In this document: positions 59,103 through 64,000 of the stretch, one piece after another
Numbering within the stretch: the stretch's first letter is position 1
Layout of the letters: each line of letters opens with the position of its first letter
Source of the DNA: an uncultured Eubacteriales bacterium
Lineage (GTDB): Bacteria; Bacillota; Clostridia; Oscillospirales; CAG-272
Direction of reading: 5' to 3'
Assembly: GCA_934486825.1 (NCBI GenBank)
Contig: CAKSQF010000012.1
Coordinates: 14,751 to 78,750 of the forward strand
DNA length: 64,000 nucleotides
The notes under the pieces: model-generated
What the model was told of the DNA's origin: nothing
Seen by the model: the letters and a program-made list of their open reading frames with translations, nothing else
Databases searched by the model: none
Made by a program: the position numbers and the translations under genes

Positions 59103-62100
59103 ATGAAATCCGAAAATTATTATATCGGTCTTGACATCGGCACCGACTCTGTCGGATACGCCGTAACGGACACCTCCCCGCAGTACGGTCTGATGAAATT
59201 CAACGGCGAGCCGATGTGGGGCGTGACTCTCTTTGATACTGCCGACCTTTGCAAAAGCAGACGCGTCCACAGAACCGAGCGGAGAAGAATCGACAGAAGA
59301 CAGCAAAGGATCACCCTCCTTCGTGAGCTTTTTGCCGGACCTATCTCGCAGGTCGATGCCGGATTTTACAATCGCATAACCGAAAGCGCACTGCTCCGCA
59401 CCGATGCGGGTGAGCCGTTCTGCCTTTTCAACGACCCCTCTTATACCGATGCCGATTATCACAAAGAGTACCCGACAATTCACCATCTGATTGTCGAACT
59501 TATGGAAAGCAATTTCCCGCATGATGTCCGACTTGTTTACATCGCCTGTGCATGGCTGATTGCACACCGCGGTCACTTTCTCAGCGACATTTCGATTGAA
59601 AATGTCAACGGAATAAGCAGTATAAAGTCTTTGTACGACAAACTTATAGACTATTTACTTATAGACTATTTAAATGAAGAGACTGACGAAATCCGCATAC
59701 CGCGGACGCCTGATGACGACAAAATCGGAGATTTCGAAGAAATACTAAAGAAAAAGGGAATCAACCGCAAGCTTGAAGGCTTGCAGAATCTCTTAAACGG
59801 CGGCAAAAAGTTCGACAGCAACCCATCCGAAAGCTTTCCGTTCAGTCCGGAAGGAATCATGAAGCTTCTCTGCGGCGGCTCCTATCCGCCTGCCAAGCTG
59901 TTCAAAGAAGGCAAAGAAAAATACGCCGACCTCGGCAATCTCTGTCTTGACACCGACGAAGAGACCTTTGCGGAATCGCTGGCGGCGCTCGGGGACGACG
60001 GCGAGCTTATCCGCCGTCTCAAAGAGATCTTTGACCGGGCAGTTCTTGCCGATCTGCTGAACGGCTGCGAATACATTTCTCCGGCAAAGGTCAAAACATA
60101 CGAACAGCACAGGAAAGACCTTGACTATATCAGGCATTTTGTCTCGGACAATTATCCCAAAGACGTTTACAGGCGGCTTTTCCGCAGATATGAAAAAGAC
60201 AACTATGTGGCTTACAGCGGAAACACAAAAAACTGCCCGAACACCGAAAAATACGAAAAATGCCACAGCAGGGGGGACTTCTGCAAGCATCTGATGAAGG
60301 TACTTGAACTTGACAAGGACGAACAAAAGCGAAGCATGATCGACCCGGAAGTGCTTGAGCGGATAGAAAACGGGACTTTTATGCCGAAGCAGGTGAGCAG
60401 TGAAAACAGCGTAATTCCCTGCCGGCTCTATTACGTCGAACTTCGGAAGATACTCGAAAACGCCTCCGCATATCTTCCGTTTCTGAACGAAAAAGACGCG
60501 GACGGCTATGTCACAAAGGAAAAGATACTGTCGATCATGCGTTTTCGTATTCCCTACTATGTCGGACCGCTGAACAGAAACGGCAGTGAACATGCATGGA
60601 TCGAGCGCAAGGCTGACGGCAGAATTTATCCGTGGAACTTTGACGAAAAGGTCGATACGGCTTCCTCGGAAGAAGCGTTTATAAAACGCATGACAAACAA
60701 ATGCACATATCTCGCCGGCGAGGATGTTCTGCCGAAAAATTCCCTGCTCTGCAAAAGCTTTGAGGTACTGAACGAGATCAACTGTCTGAAAATAAACGGC
60801 GTTCCCATCGGAGTTGCCGAAAAGCAGATGATTTTTGATGACCTTTTCATGAACTATAAAAAGGTCACACCAAAGAAAATCAGCGATTATCTCGTACAGA
60901 ACAACCTTTGCTCAAAAGAGGATGCCGAAACTCTTTCGGGAATCGACACGGAGATAAAATCGTCGCTCACGTCCCGGATTTCCTTCAACAATCTGATCAC
61001 GTCGGGCGTTCTGTCCGAGGCGGATGTCGAAAAAATCATACTGAGAAGGACATACGCGCAGGACAAAAACAGATTCCGGAAATGGCTCGGCAAAAACTAT
61101 CCGGGACTTGGCGAAAAAGACTCGGACTACATCTGCAAACTGTCCTTTAAAGATTTCGGCAGACTTTCCAAGGCTCTTTTAAACGGCATTACCGGGCAGA
61201 AGATCGACAGCAAAACGGGCAAAGTCTGCGGCGACGAAAAAACCGTAATCCGATTCATGTGGGAATCGAATGTAACCCTTTCCGAGCTGCTCCTGTCGGA
61301 CAGATACACCTTTGCGGAGCAGATCAGAAAGCGTAACACCGACTATTATTCGGAGCATCCGAAAACGTTGGACGAGCGTCTTGACGAAATGTACATTTCG
61401 AATGCGGTCAAGCGTCCGATCATACGCACGCTTGACGTGGTAAGCGACATCGTAAAGGCGACGGGACACGCCCCCGAAAAGATATTTATCGAAATGGCGC
61501 GGGGCGGACAGACCGAAAAGAAACGGACGACTCCGAGAAAACAGCAGCTTCTCGATCTGTACAAGAAGATAGAGGACGAAGAACTGTCCGAATTAGTCAA
61601 AGAGCTTAAAATAAAGCTCGAAGGCGAAAGCGAAAACCGTCTGCAAAGCGACAAACTCTTTCTCTTTTACACACAGCTCGGCAGATGCATATATTCGGGC
61701 GAGGAGATTAACCTCCGGTCACTGATGGACGAAAACAGCATCTACGACATAGATCACATTTATCCGCAGTCGAAGGTCAAGGATGACAGCATCCTTAACA
61801 ACAGAGTGCTGTCCCTCAAAACAATTAACGGAACAGAAAAAGGGGATAAATACCCGATTGATGCGGCAATCCGATCGAAAATGCACGGTTTCTGGAAGAA
61901 ACTGAAGGAAAACGGGCTGATCGGCGAGGAAAAGTACAGGCGTCTGACGCGCAGCACCGGATTTTCGGACGAGGAAAAGTGGGATTTTATAAACCGTCAG
62001 CTTGTCGAAACAAGACAATCGACAAAAGCGGTCGCCTCACTGCTTTCCGAAAAATATCCCGACTCCGAAATAGTCTGCGTCAAAGCGGGACTTGTCTCCG

Positions 62101-63245
62101 ATTTCAGACAAGAATTCAACTTGCCGAAATCAAGAGCGCTGAACGATCTGCATCACGCAAAGGACGCTTATCTGAATATCGTGTGCGGAAATGTATATCA
62201 CGAACACTTTACAAAGCAGTGGTTTCTGAAACACGTTGATGATTACACGGTCAAGACAAAGGCACTGTTCGGAGACGATATCACCGTCGGAAGCAAAACG
62301 ATATGGGGAGGCGGGCGGTCGATCGAAGCAGTCAAAAAAAACATGCGGAAAAACAACTGCCACATGACCTTCTATCCGATAAAGAAGAAGCACGGACAAA
62401 ACGGCGGATTTTTTGACCAGAATCCGCTGCCTGCCGATAAAAATTTATTCCCGAGGAAGAAGGGGCTGTCACCCGAAAAATACGGTGGCTACAACAGTCT
62501 CACGACCGCATTTTCGGTCATCGTGCGCTACACCCTCGGAAAGAAGGATGTGACCGAATTTGTTCCCGTTACCCTGTTGTGTGCCGAAAAATTCATGTCC
62601 GACCGCGATTATGCGCTGAACGGATACATAAAAGAGTATTTTGACAAAAAATTTGAAGAAAAAGACGTAAAAGAGACAGACATAAGACTGCTGTTCAACG
62701 GACGTCCGATAAAGATCGGCACCGAACTTGTCCTTGACGGACTCAGCGTGCTTTTCGGAGGTCAGGGTAAATCGGACGGTATAATCGGGGTAAAAGTATT
62801 CAGTCCTCTTATCCTGCCGGAAAATGATGCCGCATACGTGAAAGCGGTCGAATCTTTTGTTCGCAAGACAGACAAGAACCACGACATCGGCTACTCGCAG
62901 GAGGAAACGGTGTCCGCCGAGAAAAACCTCGGGCTCTTCGATCTGCTTGTCGAAAAATACGGCAAAAAGCCGTATTCCATGCGACCCGAGAGCGGACTCA
63001 AAAAGCTGACAGACGGCAGAGACACGTTTGCCCGACTCGACGTGAAGGAGCAGTGCAGAACGCTTATGAACATCCTTTCGCATTTCAACCGAACTGCTTT
63101 GGCTGATACCAATCTCAAACTCGGGCGCAACTGTCGGCTCAATGCAAATATAAACAATTGGAAATACTCGGACGTCAGAATAATTGACCGCTCCCCCTCC
63201 GGACTTTGGAAGCGGGAATCGGTCAATCTCAAAAAGCTGTCATGA
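59103..63245 (+). CDS. cas9: Cas9 (type II effector, II-A-like architecture)
   Basis: 1380 aa. RuvC-I YYIGLDIGTDSVGYAV, RuvC-II IFIEMAR, HNH YDIDHIYPQSKVKDDSILNNRVL, RuvC-III NDLHHAKDAYLN, and the arginine-rich bridge helix RRRIDRRQQR. Followed directly by cas1. Confidence 0.95.
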   Translation: MKSENYYIGLDIGTDSVGYAVTDTSPQYGLMKFNGEPMWGVTLFDTADLCKSRRVHRTERRRIDRRQQRITLLRELFAGPISQVDAGFYNRITESALLRTDAGEPFCLFNDPSYTDADYHKEYPTIHHLIVELMESNFPHDVRLVYIACAWLIAHRGHFLSDISIENVNGISSIKSLYDKLIDYLLIDYLNEETDEIRIPRTPDDDKIGDFEEILKKKGINRKLEGLQNLLNGGKKFDSNPSESFPFSPEGIMKLLCGGSYPPAKLFKEGKEKYADLGNLCLDTDEETFAESLAALGDDGELIRRLKEIFDRAVLADLLNGCEYISPAKVKTYEQHRKDLDYIRHFVSDNYPKDVYRRLFRRYEKDNYVAYSGNTKNCPNTEKYEKCHSRGDFCKHLMKVLELDKDEQKRSMIDPEVLERIENGTFMPKQVSSENSVIPCRLYYVELRKILENASAYLPFLNEKDADGYVTKEKILSIMRFRIPYYVGPLNRNGSEHAWIERKADGRIYPWNFDEKVDTASSEEAFIKRMTNKCTYLAGEDVLPKNSLLCKSFEVLNEINCLKINGVPIGVAEKQMIFDDLFMNYKKVTPKKISDYLVQNNLCSKEDAETLSGIDTEIKSSLTSRISFNNLITSGVLSEADVEKIILRRTYAQDKNRFRKWLGKNYPGLGEKDSDYICKLSFKDFGRLSKALLNGITGQKIDSKTGKVCGDEKTVIRFMWESNVTLSELLLSDRYTFAEQIRKRNTDYYSEHPKTLDERLDEMYISNAVKRPIIRTLDVVSDIVKATGHAPEKIFIEMARGGQTEKKRTTPRKQQLLDLYKKIEDEELSELVKELKIKLEGESENRLQSDKLFLFYTQLGRCIYSGEEINLRSLMDENSIYDIDHIYPQSKVKDDSILNNRVLSLKTINGTEKGDKYPIDAAIRSKMHGFWKKLKENGLIGEEKYRRLTRSTGFSDEEKWDFINRQLVETRQSTKAVASLLSEKYPDSEIVCVKAGLVSDFRQEFNLPKSRALNDLHHAKDAYLNIVCGNVYHEHFTKQWFLKHVDDYTVKTKALFGDDITVGSKTIWGGGRSIEAVKKNMRKNNCHMTFYPIKKKHGQNGGFFDQNPLPADKNLFPRKKGLSPEKYGGYNSLTTAFSVIVRYTLGKKDVTEFVPVTLLCAEKFMSDRDYALNGYIKEYFDKKFEEKDVKETDIRLLFNGRPIKIGTELVLDGLSVLFGGQGKSDGIIGVKVFSPLILPENDAAYVKAVESFVRKTDKNHDIGYSQEETVSAEKNLGLFDLLVEKYGKKPYSMRPESGLKKLTDGRDTFARLDVKEQCRTLMNILSHFNRTALADTNLKLGRNCRLNANINNWKYSDVRIIDRSPSGLWKRESVNLKKLS

Positions 63246-64000
63246 GCTGGCGCACAGTCATAATATCCACGCGGTGCAAGCTCGACCTCAAAATGGGCTA
63301 CATGGTGGTGCGCGGTGAGGAGACCAGACGGATATATCTCGACGAGATCGCAATGCTGATGATAGAAAATCCCGCGGTCTCGCTCACCGGCTGTCTGCTG
63401 GAAGCACTTATCGAAAAAAAGGTAAGGGTGATATTCTGCAACGGAAAGCGCTCACCCATGGCAGAGCTTGCGCCCTACTACGGTTCGTACGACTGCTCGC
63501 GTAAGATCAGAGTTCAGCAGGAATGGAACGACGACATCAGGGGAGCGGTCTGGACAGACATAATCTCCGAGAAGATCAAAAATCAATGTCTCTTCCTTTC
63601 GGAGCTCGGAAAAGAGCGTGAGACCTCGCTTCTGAAAACGTACATCGGACAGGTGGAGCTTTACGACGCGACAAACCGGGAGGGTCATGCGGCAAAAGTA
63701 TACTTCAACGCCCTGTTCGGCACCGATTTCACCAGAACCGAGGACAATGTCACAAACGCCGCACTGAATTACGGCTACACGATCATCCTTTCTGCTTTCA
63801 ACAGAGAGATCACCTCCTGCGGATATCTTACCCAGCTCGGACTATGTCACTGCAACCTGTTCAACTACTACAATCTGAGCTGTGATCTGATGGAGCCTTT
63901 CCGTACACTTGTTGACAGAAAGGTATTTGACGGCAAATATACCGTCTTTTCAGCCGCCGAGAAGCACGCGCTCTGGGGTATTCTGAACGAAACCGTCTAT
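63242..64000 (+). CDS. cas1: Cas1 (5' partial, runs off the window)
   Basis: ATGA overlap with the cas9 stop, then 253 open codons to the window edge. MSWRTVIISTRCKLDLKMGYMVVRG ... NAALNYGYTIILSAFNREI is typical of type II Cas1. Absent from the ORF track because no stop is reached. Confidence 0.85.
   Translation, partial: MSWRTVIISTRCKLDLKMGYMVVRGEETRRIYLDEIAMLMIENPAVSLTGCLLEALIEKKVRVIFCNGKRSPMAELAPYYGSYDCSRKIRVQQEWNDDIRGAVWTDIISEKIKNQCLFLSELGKERETSLLKTYIGQVELYDATNREGHAAKVYFNALFGTDFTRTEDNVTNAALNYGYTIILSAFNREITSCGYLTQLGLCHCNLFNYYNLSCDLMEPFRTLVDRKVFDGKYTVFSAAEKHALWGILNETVY

Noticed and set aside
1-64000. Scanned for a CRISPR repeat-spacer array, rRNA genes, transposases/integrases and reverse transcriptases.
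   Set aside because: None were recognised in this window. The array belonging to cas9/cas1 must lie beyond position 64000, if it is present.

Overview
This 64-kb chromosomal window reads like a saccharolytic anaerobic Firmicute. That call rests on Clostridia-like gene content and near-consensus sigma-A promoters; the taxonomy is inference because no search was possible. Content in order:
(1) A complete phosphate-limitation block, pstS-pstC-pstA-pstB-phoU plus an OmpR-type regulator and a histidine kinase (445-6945). It is preceded by phased Pho-box-like hexamers and an odd array of eight tandem 10-bp GC-rich units.
(2) A loose glycosidase neighbourhood: GH42, two tandem GH2 paralogues, an unassigned 739-aa protein, a GH78 rhamnosidase, two more GH2 enzymes with an AraC regulator, and a GH43-like protein. 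Housekeeping genes interrupt it: an EF-G2-type paralogue, brnQ, ahpC with a domain-permuted AhpF-like reductase, tRNA-Lys next to a truncated GNAT gene, proS and an M24 aminopeptidase.
(3) A minus-strand operon (35634-42668) headed by a cobalamin riboswitch. It encodes a small basic protein, a sortase-anchored DUF4430-like surface protein, a membrane-tethered transcobalamin-like protein, a dedicated ECF transporter (T, fused A-A', S) and an AlkD-like HEAT protein.
(4) Three tandem paralogous secreted proteins of unknown function (45208-48391).
(5) A hydroxyacid dehydrogenase, hslO and a five-tRNA operon (Val-Asp-Phe-Gly-Cys).
(6) A DeoR / AP-superfamily / MFS operon.
(7) An accessory stretch (54.9-58.8 kb) with hypothetical genes, a 156-nt long-stem non-coding element, an XRE regulator with LPF(L) repeats, and a divergent cI-like/cro-like switch with two tiny coupled ORFs.
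(8) The start of a type II CRISPR-Cas locus: a predicted tracrRNA antisense to the cas9 leader, cas9 (1380 aa, catalytic motifs intact) and the first 759 nt of cas1. No CRISPR array lies inside the window.
The most interesting candidates are the riboswitch-controlled surface B12-capture/ECF operon, the tracrRNA/cas9-leader antisense arrangement with the adjacent cI/cro mini-ORF cassette, the secreted paralogue family, and two unexplained structured non-coding elements (30479-30765 and 56126-56281). All functional calls rest on motif recognition by eye, and nothing was searched against databases.
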